Assembly: GCA_003971905.1 (NCBI GenBank) | Contig: RSEE01000011.1 | Coordinates: 558,001 to 622,000, forward strand | DNA length: 64,000 bases | Reading direction: 5' to 3' | Source: Moniliella sp. 'wahieum' | Lineage: Eukaryota | Shown: positions 39,034 through 51,427 of the stretch, one piece after another | Position numbering within the stretch: the stretch's first letter is position 1 | Layout of the letters: every line of letters starts with the position of its first letter | Position numbers and translations under genes: made by a program | Notes under the pieces: model-generated | Told to the model about the DNA's origin: nothing | Databases searched by the model: none | Seen by the model: only the letters and a program-made list of their open reading frames with translations

Positions 39034-40572
39034 TCCTCCTCATTCGCCTGTCCGGAATGAGACGTTGGTGTAGCGATGGCAACGATGCGTCTCACTCGAC
39101 GATTTAGGGGAGGCAAGCCAAGGCCCATCAATCATTCGCCTATATCCAATGCTTCCTGGTCTCCATGTTTTACCGCATTTGCTTGCTTGTGTTCGTCGAG
39201 GACTTTCCCTCCTGGTAACGAGGGACAAGGTCATTGAACCTTGTTCTGGCCTGCGTTACCCACCTCCCGTTATACTCATCGATCCGCTTCCTGCTAACCA
39301 TCTTACCTCAACGACAACCAGGGATATAGGTTTTCTTCGAGGAAAAGTCCTATATTGCTCACGTTAGCGTTATCCCAAGATTCGGCATCCATAGGAACGG
39401 AAATGCTCTGTATGTGATTTTGTGGGCGAAGTCGGGAAAGGCAAAGTCATAACTTGGTGGGAGAAACAATGCTATACCTGCGCAACCAATGGATCACAAC
39501 TCAGAGCTGCATGAGTAGAGTGGACGTTCACGTTTGACTCTGCTGACGATAACTACGGGTATACATCCAAATACCATAATGGGGTATTATCCGCATACCA
39601 TGCCTCCAAGTCAAAGCCCCCTCTTTCTTCAATGGTCTTATTTGTTTCGCTGGAAAGCCCAAAATGGTTCTCCTCTCGAAGAGAAAGACAGAGATATGAT
39701 AGACAGCTAGGGCCAAGTTTTCAAGGTACATCTAATCTTGTACCCACAGTATCTATATCACAGTACCCAGGTGGGTGTCGTCAGAGAGACTAAAATAGCG
39801 CGGGCAGCATCAGTGTGATCAGTGTTACTATCGAAGCAATCATATACAGGTAACGTTAATTTAACGCAATATCGGACCGCTTCCTGCTGGGGCGTCCATC
39901 GCTCATGGTGCCTGTGCACTCTCCCATACGAGATCCCTCCTTGTGCGGAGGGCTGAGGCGCTGGCTCACCAGTCGGTAATCGTTTTGGCATTCTCATCGT
40001 CTTGCGGCGCGAATGAAAGCAGAGTGCACACTTTACAGCTAGGACGATTAGGACCTTTTGTCCCGCCGCTTGAACAGATGCGCGGTTTGGGATGCTCGGT
40101 ACAATCATTAATCAGTACTCAGTGGGCAACTATATCCGGTGGGCAAAAGAACTTGAAACATAATATTCCCTTTATTACCTCCCTGTGCCCTCTAACAGGT
40201 TTTAGTGCTTTAGTTCGCTTTTTCATTCGGAATTCAGTGCAGGTGTATGGTGCAGGTAAACCTGGAGTCCTAGTGGCCCTCGAGGACGATACAATCGCAC
40301 TGTTGTGGTGGTGGTCTATTGAAGCCAGCCAGGAACGCTTATAGAGGAACATGATGCTCCTGCATCAAGCACAGCCAATCGCTGCCAGGGCCTAGGCTGT
40401 GCGACAGACGCAATAAGACAACGGAACACGACATTATAGTAGGCCTAAAAAGAGAGACTGAAGGGGGGCACCTAATAAGTATAAAGAGAGTCTTCCAGCA
40501 TCGTAGTGCACATCTAGTTTCCATTCCTATCATATCTCACATCAGCCCGCCACGTTCCAAGTGCTTGAATAT

Positions 40573-42430
40573 ATGACACTACGCGTCAACAAAGAAGCCT
40601 TGCGTATGGCCTTGGCCGACCCGAGTGAGGTAGTTCTACCCCCCTTCCCCTGCGAACTCAGGGAGACGTACGAAGGCCTTCAAGTCCCCTTTGACGTATG
40701 TGATGCGTTGGAGCCATCTTTCACTGTTTACCAAACGGCCTACGGGAGGAAAGGGTAGCATTCTACGGTCCCGACGGCGTTGCTTGGATCAGCCGTTCGC
40801 ACACCTTCCCTGCCGCATGGCCGCGCTTGCTACGGGAGGCAACCTTGCCCGAGGGCCAAGCCTTCCCCCCCGGGTCTGAGCAAAGAAGAATCAGCAGAAG
40901 GGTGGAAGGCATTGCAAACTCATATCGAGCGCTTGGCTCTGCACCCAGCTCCCCTTGGGGAAAAAGAGAAGAAGCGAATTCTAGAAGAACGTATTCGTGA
41001 CAAGCAAAGTCAACTATGGGGTTCGTCGAACGAATCTCCCCTTCCTTCCCCGTTTCTGCTTCTCTCGATGAGGAAGGGGAGGATGTGACCCTAGTTCTGG
41101 CTCATGGAGCAGGGATGGTCAAAGAGGTACGTTTGTGGGCCTTTAATCTCTCTTCTATATAATGGGTAATTTAGGGGGCATCGCATCTGAACAGACTCTG
41201 ATCTCCATTATGCAGATTTTCGAGCCTTTTCTGTGCATGTTGGTTCACCGTCTGCACGGCAACAAGGTGAAGATTCGCGACATTTGGACTATAGACAACC
41301 TCATATCGGGTGAGGCGGCGGATCTGAATCGTGAAGGTAGCGCACATGGTCGTAAGTCCAGATTTTTTCGGACCTAAAATGCTGTATGGTACGGAAACAG
41401 TCAGTACTGTACTAACAGAGAAGATTATTGTCCTGAAAACAGTTGTTTTTTGGCCGGATCTGTGCCGTGACTACATCCAGTTTGGGACCATTACCTCCCC
41501 CCATCCGATAAATGGTCACCCCAAGTCCTGCCTCGCCTTGCGTCTGATCGCCCTCGTCCGCGCACTATCTTTGTCGGCCATAGTATGGGTGGCGCACTAG
41601 GGGGGATGGCACTAAACGTTCGTCCAGATCTGTTCCACACTGGTATCTTGTTCGATCCTGTTTACAATATGCCACCTTTCTATGCTGTGCGGGATATACC
41701 ACCTCTTCTTAACGAAGAATTGGAAGAGATCCCGCGTGGCCTACCCATTTGGACGAGCTTAGAACGAGGGCTTACCAAGCTGGCCCACTTGGTGCGTAAA
41801 CGACGTGATCTGTTTCCTAATCAGCAAATGGCAGAGAGCGCCATCCGTCGCGCCTATCCGAATTGGACTGAAGAGGCGATTGCTATTTATCTCCGCTTCG
41901 CCTTTTCCTTTCGCCCTGATGGTGTAGCCCTGAACAACAACAAGATGGCCGAAGCCGAAGTCTACGCGGCAGGATGGCCCAGTGTCTATGTCCATCTGGC
42001 TAACACCAGTGGGCGCTTCGGTGCGTTTCATCCCCCCGCTCAGGGCCGACTGTACGTTCTTTGTGGTACCGATTATCCTGTGCACGATACGCCCTTTCCC
42101 TTTTTCACTCGCGTCCGTGCTTTCCCCCTCAACGCGTCCCACTTACCCGCCATGCCCTTGAAACTCCAACGGTCCAATGGAGAGAAGATGCGTACCGCAC
42201 TCACTCAGGCTAACCTGGCCCGCTACCCAAGTGATCCACCCTTTAAAGACTGGCCCACTCTGTTGCAGTACCTTCCTATCCGTGGAGAGGCTGTGCTCGT
42301 TGAGGGGGCCCAGCATATGATGCCCCAAATCCACCCGGATCTCTGTGCGGATATGGCGAGTCAGTGGCTGGAGGAGGCCTTGCTCTTCCCCCTGTCCAAA
42401 GAGAGTGAGTGGTCTGAAGCGCGACTCTAG
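40573..42430 (+). CDS. Alpha/beta hydrolase with C-terminal peroxisomal PTS1 (-ARL), Lpx1-like family
   Basis: LVLAHGAGMVKE, intron, IFEP; IRDIWTID..GEAADLN; FVGHSMGG nucleophile elbow (about 41572-41594); ILFDP; EGAQHMMPQ catalytic His; ends SEARL*. Several introns. Confidence 0.85.
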
Positions 42431-45144
42431 AGCCTCCTATCACCGCCTCAATTTCGATTTCCCACCACATCAATCAATCTTTCGGGTATAATATATGGAG
42501 CGATTCAAAAGGCGGCTACGCTGTTTTTGCGCGGAGAGGTCATAATGCCACTGTGACCACATTGATCTGATTCCTGAAAGAGCCGCTAACGGGCTCTCTT
42601 ACTCAGTGCTCATATTCCGGTGTAGCTTGGAGTAAGTACGAGAAGATAGAGATGCACAACTGCGTTCTTTCATCTTCTCCAAAGTAAATCCCCTCCTCCT
42701 CTTCTATCCTCTCTCAGGAAGAAGCTGCATACATTCCAACATGTTTTGTTGGGGCACCGTCCACACCCAGACGTGAGCGCCCAGCTGAGCCTCGGCCTCA
42801 GGGGCGACCATCCTCTGACACGTTTTCCTCCGTCGTGGACTACGGAAGAGTTGGCCGAGGGTGAGGCGGTGAGGTGAGCGTTACAAACCAAGTTAGTGGT
42901 CACTACCGACCCCTTTCTGACATCCATGACTATCATGACGATCATGACTGTCATAGATTAGGACCTTTACTTTGATGTCATAGACATCAAGTAATAACGC
43001 AGCTGTTCTCGATGACGGGGACGGTAGTGATGTCCATGACGTCAGATACGAAATGGATGTCATTGGCGACATGGATACGAGACTCGCTCAGGGTATCAAA
43101 GACATCAGGGAAGGGGAAAACATCAAAGGGTTACGCCCTATCAATGATAGGGTTCACGTCAAATATGTCGGCGATGACAGCACTACCAAAGATGCCTTAG
43201 ACGTCGTGGGTGCCTTAGACGTCGGGGGTGTCATTGACGTGAGTGATACCATAGGGGTAATAGATCTCCAACAATGGCATTGATGTCCCCGGGGACCCCG
43301 ACATCAATGTCTCCGCAGCTTTCCATGGCATCATTGCATCCGCCGATGACACTGTCGACATCGAGGACTATGACTGCTCTCCTGTTGCATACACGTTTCT
43401 TTGGGGGACTATAGAATAATAATGGCTAATCCTATAATTAAACCACAAAAAAGGAGATCTGGTATTTGGATAGATTGGTATTGCATATCGTGCCAGGTCA
43501 CCACATGTGTTCGAAGGGTTAGTATCACAGACGCTGCGACGAGGATCAGCGGGTACAGTTGCACCGGAGTCTCAGGGATGGCATCCAGTGAAATGCCCCA
43601 CTGGTTTCACAGTCCGTTAGACAGCTTCTCCACCTGGTTGTATATTCAGCAAATCGAGACAGAGATGAAGGAGGATGGGAATGCGCATCGCCGGAAGGAT
43701 CCTGCCCTCCACGCCGTTGAGGTTGCGGTCATACTCTCCCAGGTTGTGTTTGACAACCTTCTTGTGAAATGAGGCCACACTGACGACACCCAGCGTGGGT
43801 CCGCGGGCCTTACTTACCCAGTGGTGCGTCTCCACCTGCAAGTGGGTTCGGGTAGAAGCGTTCAGAATGTACCGTGAAGAGGAAAGGAACCAATTGAAGA
43901 TACGCACATTAGTTACGATCTCGTAGCGGATGACCGCTATGGCTAGCGTTATTCTTGCCCGTACTTCTTTGCCTAGGCACCCTTTATCATCAGTTGCAGC
44001 ATCGATAACGGTGCCAGGAGGCCTTGGTCTGGCAACGTGACTTTTGGCCCATTCCTGCTCAACCCAACCTTCCTTTCTTCCTTTTGTCAGAGAGAAAGCT
44101 GGGTCTCGAGCGATTCAAGATAGATAGTACATACCGCACAAAGGCACCTAGATGAGACGCTTCCCAAGGAGCCTTCATGGAACGCATGACTAGCTGTTTA
44201 ATGTACTTGCGCTGCAAAACCAAAATGCCTTTAAACGGAAAAAGATGCTGTGGTCAGCCTTAATCATCTGAAGATGAAAAATGGAGGCATACAGACATAG
44301 GGCGGACTTGGCCAACAGCATCTCGAGTCCGCTTTTCTGCGTCTTCATCCTGGCTCGCAGTGGCCTGCGACATGTGGCCGTCCGCGTCATGATCTCATGA
44401 AGAACTTTCCGTTTTGCGCTTTATGGAGTTCATGTTGCATTTCGTTTACCCCACTTACGGCTTCGCGGACGTCTGCGACCTGATCTTGGAGTCGGATCAT
44501 GGCCCTCCACATGGGGTGTCGAGCACGTCATGCTCTGCACAACAGGCGGCTGGCCGAGGCTTGGAAGTCGGCTTGGAGGTGAACAAACGTATAATGGCCG
44601 AGGTGTGCGCGGATGTCGTCCGGCTGGTCCTGGATGCAGTCTGGTTGCCTCGCCCGGCCACTGGCTGTCATCAAAATATCCACATCGGGTGTGATGGGGG
44701 CCATATCGGGACTGGCGGGGTCCGAAAGCGTTCAGACGTTGGAATGAATAAGAGTTGGCCTCGCCTTTAATAACTGCCACTAGTGCTACTAACCATTTGC
44801 ACATGAGAGCTACAGAGGCTAGAGAATATACTCCTGCCCTCCAGGAAGGAATATTGGAAGGATTGATAAGGAAGCATCCGCGCTTAGGCTGCGCCTTTTC
44901 CCTACAGTGGCGCCACTTGGCGCTTGGCGCTTGGCCTGGTATACGCCACATGGAACCGTGCTGCAACTGTCACAGATAGGGCGAGTACTTGCACTGTGTA
45001 GTGCACCCTCCGCTTCGACGGACATACTAGCGCATGGAACCGTGTCCGGTGGGCTGAATAATGATGTGAAAGACCAGAGAGCAGGCAGTTGACGGTGTAT
45101 TGCATTTTGCACATGAGCGGATGAGCTACAGAGATGGTATGGGA

Positions 45145-45495
45145 CGTTCCGGTGTCTCTCGATGCGGAGCCACACATGTCATAGGCATCTCTTCCAAACA
45201 CGTCATCAGTCTCTACATGCCTAGCAAGAGAGAGCTACAGTAGTAAGGCATAAAGCGCAGTCACAGTTCTGTCAAGTCCGCGGTCCGGTAGGCCGCAGCA
45301 GACAAAGGGTTCTGCCAAGACTGTGGGCGCAATGGGAACAAATCATCGTACCCATGCGCCCATATTGAGCGGGCTGCGAAGGATGCCAGCTGCATGGATA
45401 GATAAGCTCTCTCTTGCTAGCCTATGTAGAGGCTGACGTGCTAGTAAGAGATGCCTATGACATGCGGGGCTCTGCGTCGGGAGACACCGGAGCGC
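45145..45495. repeat. About 90-bp imperfect inverted repeat around a spacer of about 170 bp (MITE-like or inversion relic)
   Basis: 45149-45237 (CCGGTGTCTCTCGATGCGGAGCC..CATAGGCATCTCTT..CTAGCAAGAGAGAGC) is the reverse complement of about 45405-45490. Confidence 0.85.
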
Positions 45496-45718
45496 CTCGT
45501 AACAAGAATCAAAAGAAAATACAGAGGCTATATATAGAGAATATGTGCCTTCCAGGAAGGAGTATTGGAGGACAAAGGAGGCACCCGGTTGCTCAACACC
45601 GTGCTGCAACTTGGGTCAATTAAAGGACATTAGATTACGATTACACCGAACCATGCCACACTGATGCTAGAGTGCGACTTGGGAGCACTCGCGATCCTAT
45701 GGATCAGCTGCGAAGCAG

Positions 45719-45873
45719 CCTTCAGACAAGGCGTGAAGGCAAAGTGGTGAGCCACAAGTCTTCAAGCAACGTCTCATTGTGAGGAGCAACAGGTCAAGAA
45801 AGGAAGCAGAGGCGTACCTTCAGACAAGGCGTGAAGGCAAAGTGGTGAGCCACAAGTCTTCAAGCAAACGTCT
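45719..45873. repeat. About 55-bp direct repeat x2 (CTTCAGACAAGGCGTGAAGGCAAAGTGGTGAGCCACAAGTCTTCAAGCAA..CGTCT)
   Basis: Directly visible at about 45719-45775 and about 45818-45873. Confidence 0.95.
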
Positions 45874-46065
45874 GAAGGGAAGGAGAAAGGAGAGAGAGAA
45901 GGGAGATGGAGCGAGCAGGGCGTGCGCGGCCTGCGAGCGGAACGCTTCCGCTCGGCTAGGCGAGCGTCACCGATCCATTGAGGGCCGCGCAGGAGAACCC
46001 TAGCAGTACCTCTAACAACTGAGAGGAGTGTGGAGTTACTAGTTACTAGTTTTCTCTATACTGCA

Positions 46066-46812
46066 TCCCTATCATTGACAGAGCTTTAAAGGCGTCGCGG
46101 TGCTCTCATGTACCGCCTTCCGGTACGCGGTCTGCGCCTGCCGCGTTACGCGTTACATGAGTTGCTTGTTTGCTCAGGCCGACGAGACCAATTTTCTCAC
46201 GCCCATCGTATTTAGATGCTTTGGGATGCACCTTACACTACGCAGCCCCTGTGCTGGCGCCGCACGGGGCCGCATGAGAGCACCAGTACAACCCTGCTGC
46301 CTGCGGCGCCATCGACTGATCGCCTACTGCGATTCTCAGATCTCATGCCAATCGATAATCTCTTCAAGCTTCGCTTCACTAGCTCTTCAAGCTTCAAGCT
46401 TCAAGCTTCAAGCTTCACTAGTCGCTAGTCACTAGCTCCACCAGTACTCTAGTACTCTTCGTACTACGTGAGGCCGGGTGAAAAAATGGGAAATGGGAAA
46501 CGCCCCTGTGCACTTTTACATCAGCGCGTGCCACGTTCAGTCCACCCAGCCAGCGCGTATCTCTAGGGGGAACGGTGGCTAAGGTGGCGGCCAAGCACCG
46601 AGCTGGGGCGAAGAGCTGACCGGGCGCCGCCGTAGGCCCGGTGGTCTCCTCGTTGGTGATGTTATTTGTCTCTCCAGCGTGGAAGGGTTCCAGCGTGGAA
46701 CGGTGGACCGGTGGACCAGTGGAACGGCGGCTACGGTGGCAACGGTTGACCCAGCCCAACAGGCTGGGGCGAAGCCTCAGCAGACCGGGCCGTGGGCCCG
46801 GTGGTCTCCTCG
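46066..46812 (+). mobile_element. Non-autonomous Helitron-like element, copy 1, with two tandem 3' ends
   Basis: 5' A|TCCCTATCATTGACAGAGC. 3' hairpin CCGGGCC-GTG-GGCCCGG followed by TGGTCTC-CTCG|T at 46812; an internal second 3' end at 46652. Termini shared with 62460-62828. Confidence 0.7.
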
Positions 46813-48499
46813 TAACCCATGTGTGGTGCTGAGGCGAGTGGCTGGGCTACACGTGCTATTAGGTCAGAACTTGGCATCGAGCTCTCTGTTTTATTAAAAG
46901 GGGGATGTCTGGCCCATCGCTGGCCAACTGTGGCGAAGCAGCGAATACGCGGCAAACACATCCAAGGAGGCGGAAACAGCGGCGGAACATGGGGCCATCG
47001 CCTCGCACAAAGACCCCTCTGACGGCCATCATCGAGGTTGCATAAGCAGATCCAGGGACCATTCATTGCCTTTTGCTTGAACATTGAAGCTTGAAGACTG
47101 ATGGCACTGACGTCCTTGTGGTCGCCGATAACAGATTTGACCTCACTCGCGTCCTTGACACGAGGATAGCAAGGGAGAGCCGAGATGGCGCTGACATCCT
47201 GGATGTCAGAATAAATAAGGTTTCTGATATCAGCGACATCACGGCCACGATGGATATTGGTGACGTGTACACTATCAAAAGGGGTCGGTAGTGGTGCAGT
47301 TGTTGAACGTTGAATATTGAATGTTGACTTTGGGCGGCAAGTCGGCCAACGCCGAATCATTAATCACCAAAACAATCTCCCCACATGTGCTATGAACATG
47401 CGACTGTCACGCATGCAGCATAGACGCCCCAGTAGGCCAGTCTCTTATGCATCCCCTATCACACATTACGCGTGGCAATGCGATGGTGCCAGAGGCGCCT
47501 GAGGCCTGGGGATTGTCGATTGCTGCGCAAGGGCTGCATAGCCGATGCACTGATGTGCTGTGTGACAGTACCTGACTGACCGGTGACCAAATCGATGATC
47601 GCTGAAGCGCTGAAGCGCTGAAGCTTGAAATGAAGATTGTTTTCCACTATGCGACGACCAGTAGGGTTTTACCTGGTCTGCCATGTGTGCTCTGGGGCGC
47701 CTCATCGATCATCGGCCTGAGGTGGCTCGTGCGGGGGGAGTCACCGGCAGGGCTGCCATGCTGCACCGGCAGACGCCAGCAGGTGGGGCGGAACACAAAA
47801 GCGCATCGATCCCATCCCAGCGTCTACTACGTATCGGCGGGCGGAGGGTCGATGGCAGCGCTGCGCCAGCCGCGCCAGCCTGCGCCAGCCTGCGCCAAAT
47901 GCAGCGCCATCGGCTGCCCCGGGAGGCTCTGGGCCCGTGCTTCCACCCGCGGGGCTGTCCTTGCCACCGCCTGCCGTCCTTCCAGTGCGCCTTGTGATCG
48001 ATATCGGCTAGTCGCGACGAGAGACAGGGGCAGCGCGCCATTGTCGCCATTGCGGGGAAAGGCACGGCGTGGCGTTGGACCCTGGCAAACCTCTATTAGG
48101 CCATTTAGGCATTCGGCAGGCTCCAACGTCGCTTCTGCTCCGAAGGCTAGTGCTGGGACGCGAGAGCAATGCGCAGTGCGCTTGCAGGCTGAGAGTTGGG
48201 GGGGTTAGCCGGTTAGGGCACAGGAGGGCACAGAGCGCAGACATGCGTGCTAGTGGCTGCCCAGCCAGCGCCCCAGGCCTTGGCCAGCACGCTCAGTAAA
48301 ACTAGTGACTAGTGGCTAGGGATTTCACTATAGCGCTAGCGAGATCCCAATCATCCGCTCGACTTCGGTTGGCCCTTCGTGTTTCTCTCGCCACGCTTCC
48401 TCTCCCTCCCCCCGCCCCCTCCCGTCCTCCCCCGCGACCTCCCCCCCCCCCCCCCCCCCCCCCCACCACCACCAGCAGCTGGTGCAGCACTGGGCGAAC

Positions 48500-50352
48500 A
48501 TGTCGTACCAAAACGCCTACCGCCCCGCCACGGCCTCAGCGCTTTCCTCGATCGAACCCATCAATCCTCCCGTCGCGGCCCCCAACGCCCACCCACCACC
48601 ACGCAAGTATGATCCCTCCATTGCCACCCCTACCACATCCAGTGCCATGGCCGCCACCGCCCCGCTTGGGGAAATAACTGGGGTTTCGAAGCTGAGCCAG
48701 ACGATGACTTGCATTCCATGCGCCCTGGCGAGAAGGACCGTGGGTGGCACGGAATCGACTGGAGGGGAGTCGTCAACCTCCTTTTCCTCTTTGGCGTCAT
48801 TGGCGGCTGCCTCATGCTTTTTGCCGGCTATCCTCTTCTCCGGCATTTCCTTCATCATACCCACAAATATGTCAATCTCAACTCGACCGGCCAGGTCGCA
48901 TCCCTCCCGTCTTTGCCCCAGCTGATCGACCCCGATACTCCTCAGAACGCGTATCACTTTACCTCCCCCGCTAGCAAACCAATACTCTCTGGTCTTCTCA
49001 GACGAGTTCAATCTAGAGGGACGCACCTTCTACCCGGGCGAAGACCCCTTCTGGGAGGCTGTGGATATCTGGTACGGTGCCACAGTCGACTATGAGTGGT
49101 ACTCGCCCGAACAGGTCAACACCACCAATGGCGCACTGCTCTTAACTATGATTCAGAAGGATTCGCACAACCTCAACTTTCAATCAGGCATGCTTCAGAG
49201 CTGGAACAAACTCTGCTTCCAGGGAGGATACCTCGTAATGGCTGTCAAGCTCCCTGGCACCTCGTCACAAAGGGGGTGGTGGCCCGGTCTCTGGACCATG
49301 GGGAACTTGGGCCGCCCTGGTTATTTGGGTTCGACCGAAGGCATGTGGCCGTATGTCTTTTTCCATCCACTTTACTTGTTTGGGTCCCACACTGACTCAT
49401 ATACTCGAATAGCTACTCCTATGACGCCTGCGACTGGGGTACCCTTCCCAATCAGACCAACCCGGAGGGAACTGGGCCCGAAGCAGCGATCAATGCGCAT
49501 GGTCAATACTCGGGTCAGTACGACCACAAGCTCTCCTTCCTCCCAGGCCAACGGGCGAGTTCATGCACATGCCCGGGCGAGGACCATCCAGGGCCGAACG
49601 TGGGTGTGGGTCGCTCGGCCCCAGAAATCGACCTGGCCGAAGTACAGAACCAACAGGCAGGAGGGCGAGTATCTCAGTCTGTGCAAACCGCGCCATTTGA
49701 TGCCTCGTATTGGTGGAACAACGCGTCAGCAAAGCTGTATGGTGAGACTACGTTCAACACCTATACGGGTGGGGTCTGGCAAGAAGCCGTTTCTGGTGTC
49801 GCTGTGGTGCCCGATAAAGCGTACCGCGACGACCCGGCTTCGGAATATGTCGAGTTCGCCATTGAATACGAGCCTGATCTAAATGGAGATGGAACGAACG
49901 GGTTTATCACCTGGTATGTGGACGGCTCTCCCACATGGACCGCGACAGCAGCTTCTATCGGCCCAAATGAGGCCGCCAATATCTCCCAACGCCTGATTCC
50001 ACAAGAGCCCATGTCAATCGTGATGAATCTAGGTACGTCTCCTCTTCCTCCTCCCTCCTCACCAGTTACCTCGGGTTTTCCTCTGACTTTCGCTAACTAT
50101 TCTCCAATAGGTATTAGCTCGGGATTCACTGCGATCCATTGGGACGAGCTCACCTTTCCCGCGTACATGAGCGTGGATTATGTTCGACTTTACCAGCCTC
50201 CGCAACAAACCCGGATTTCGTGTGACCCACCTGACCATCCCACCAAAGCTTTCATTGATGCCCACCCTGAACCGTACAACAATCCCAACCTGACCAATTG
50301 GCCGCAGGAGTTGTACGGCTGGCCGAAAAACCGGCTCCTGCACACGTGCTAA
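48500..50352 (+). CDS. KRE6: Beta-1,6-glucan synthesis-associated protein (GH16, Kre6/Skn1)
   Basis: LIDPDTP, FSDEFN..RTFYPGEDPFWEAVD, SGMLQSWNKLCF, WPGLWTMGNLGRPGY, GRSAPEIDLAE (ExDxxE), IPQEPMSIVMNLG, VDYVRLYQ, CDPPDHPT. Introns at about 49351-49412 and about 50033-50110. Confidence 0.95.
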
Positions 50353-50868
50353 CCTCCTCCTTGGTATCCATCCTACATCCCCCTTCTGAGAATATCGCCT
50401 TTTGTACCCATGGCCGTTGCCCCAAGCTGTAACAATTGCCACGAATGGACTCTTTTGAAATAGGAATGAAGGCAGAGTCTCCAAGTCTCTGATTGTGCTG
50501 GTGATCTTCCTGGTGATCTCAACTGTCGTGTATATCCACTACGACTTCCCGCCGACATCATCGTTCTCTCCATCTTTTTGACTCTGCCGTCGCTCTTGAT
50601 TCGCGCCACTCTTTTTTTCTGTACTGTGCATTTTCCATCAACCTCTGCTCTCTCGTACCGGCCTGAGGCCTAAGGCCTGATATGCGGCCATGTTACAAAT
50701 ATCACACTTCTATTATACTTTGCTTCTTCCTTATGATACGGATGGCAAAAGTTTGACCTGGGAATCATTGTCGGTATTATACCGACTTGCTGTATCGTTG
50801 TTTCTTCATCATTACGAGCGTAATGAGCGAGAGGATTTACATGTGTTCTAATCCCCTCCAGGCCAATT

Positions 50869-51427
50869 TCAGCGCCCACAATAACGCTTCCCCTCCTTCT
50901 TCCTGACTTTGCCAGGGGGGCAGTACATGTGCCCGTCGACCAGCTCACGTAGCCGCCGTTCAAGTGCTTGTCGGTGGTGCGGGGAGCGCAGGACATGGTA
51001 CGCCGTCCAGGCAAGAAACCGAGGGTAGAGGACGGCACCAAACCACATCTGTGGGTCCAATACGAAAAAAGGCCAAGAGAGGTTAAGTATAGCTCAGGAG
51101 AGTACAGTGTCGACAAGGAGGAGGGAGTGGGGGAGGCTGGGTACCAGCACCGCAAACAGAGTGTGAAACAAGGATGTTCCCATCCCTACATCGTACCGAT
51201 TGACCGACCCATTCCGTCGCCTTTAAGATGAGGAACAATGTGCTGGGTGAGGCAGCAGGTGGGGCCAGGGAAATCACATGATTCGTTTCACAAGAAGCGA
51301 AAGAGACTTACCGTTATTTTGAACAGGTATCGCGCCTGTTGCACAGTGGCAATGCATCGACGCGAGGGGTCGAGACCACACGCTACCAACACCACAGGAA
51401 GGTGAGGCACAAGAGTCCATATAGCAT
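50869..51427 (-). CDS. Hypothetical small membrane protein
   Basis: Hydrophobic start MLYGLLCLTFL, a GTAAG donor near 51312, second hydrophobic stretch LYLTSLGLF..PQMWFGAVLYPRF, basic tail. No family recognised. Confidence 0.3.

Noticed and set aside
39300..40540. Short minus-strand ORFs divergent from the hydrolase
   Set aside because: No family motif recognised; cannot be distinguished from decayed or non-coding DNA.
45935..45960. Hairpin CGAGCGGAA-CGC-TTCCGCTCG followed by GCTAG as another Helitron end
   Set aside because: The CTAG is only 1 nt from the stem, is not followed by T, and no matching 5' end was found.
48441..48464. 24-nt poly-C tract upstream of KRE6 (G-quadruplex potential)
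   Set aside because: Homopolymer length is unreliable in this assembly and C-rich leaders precede many genes here.
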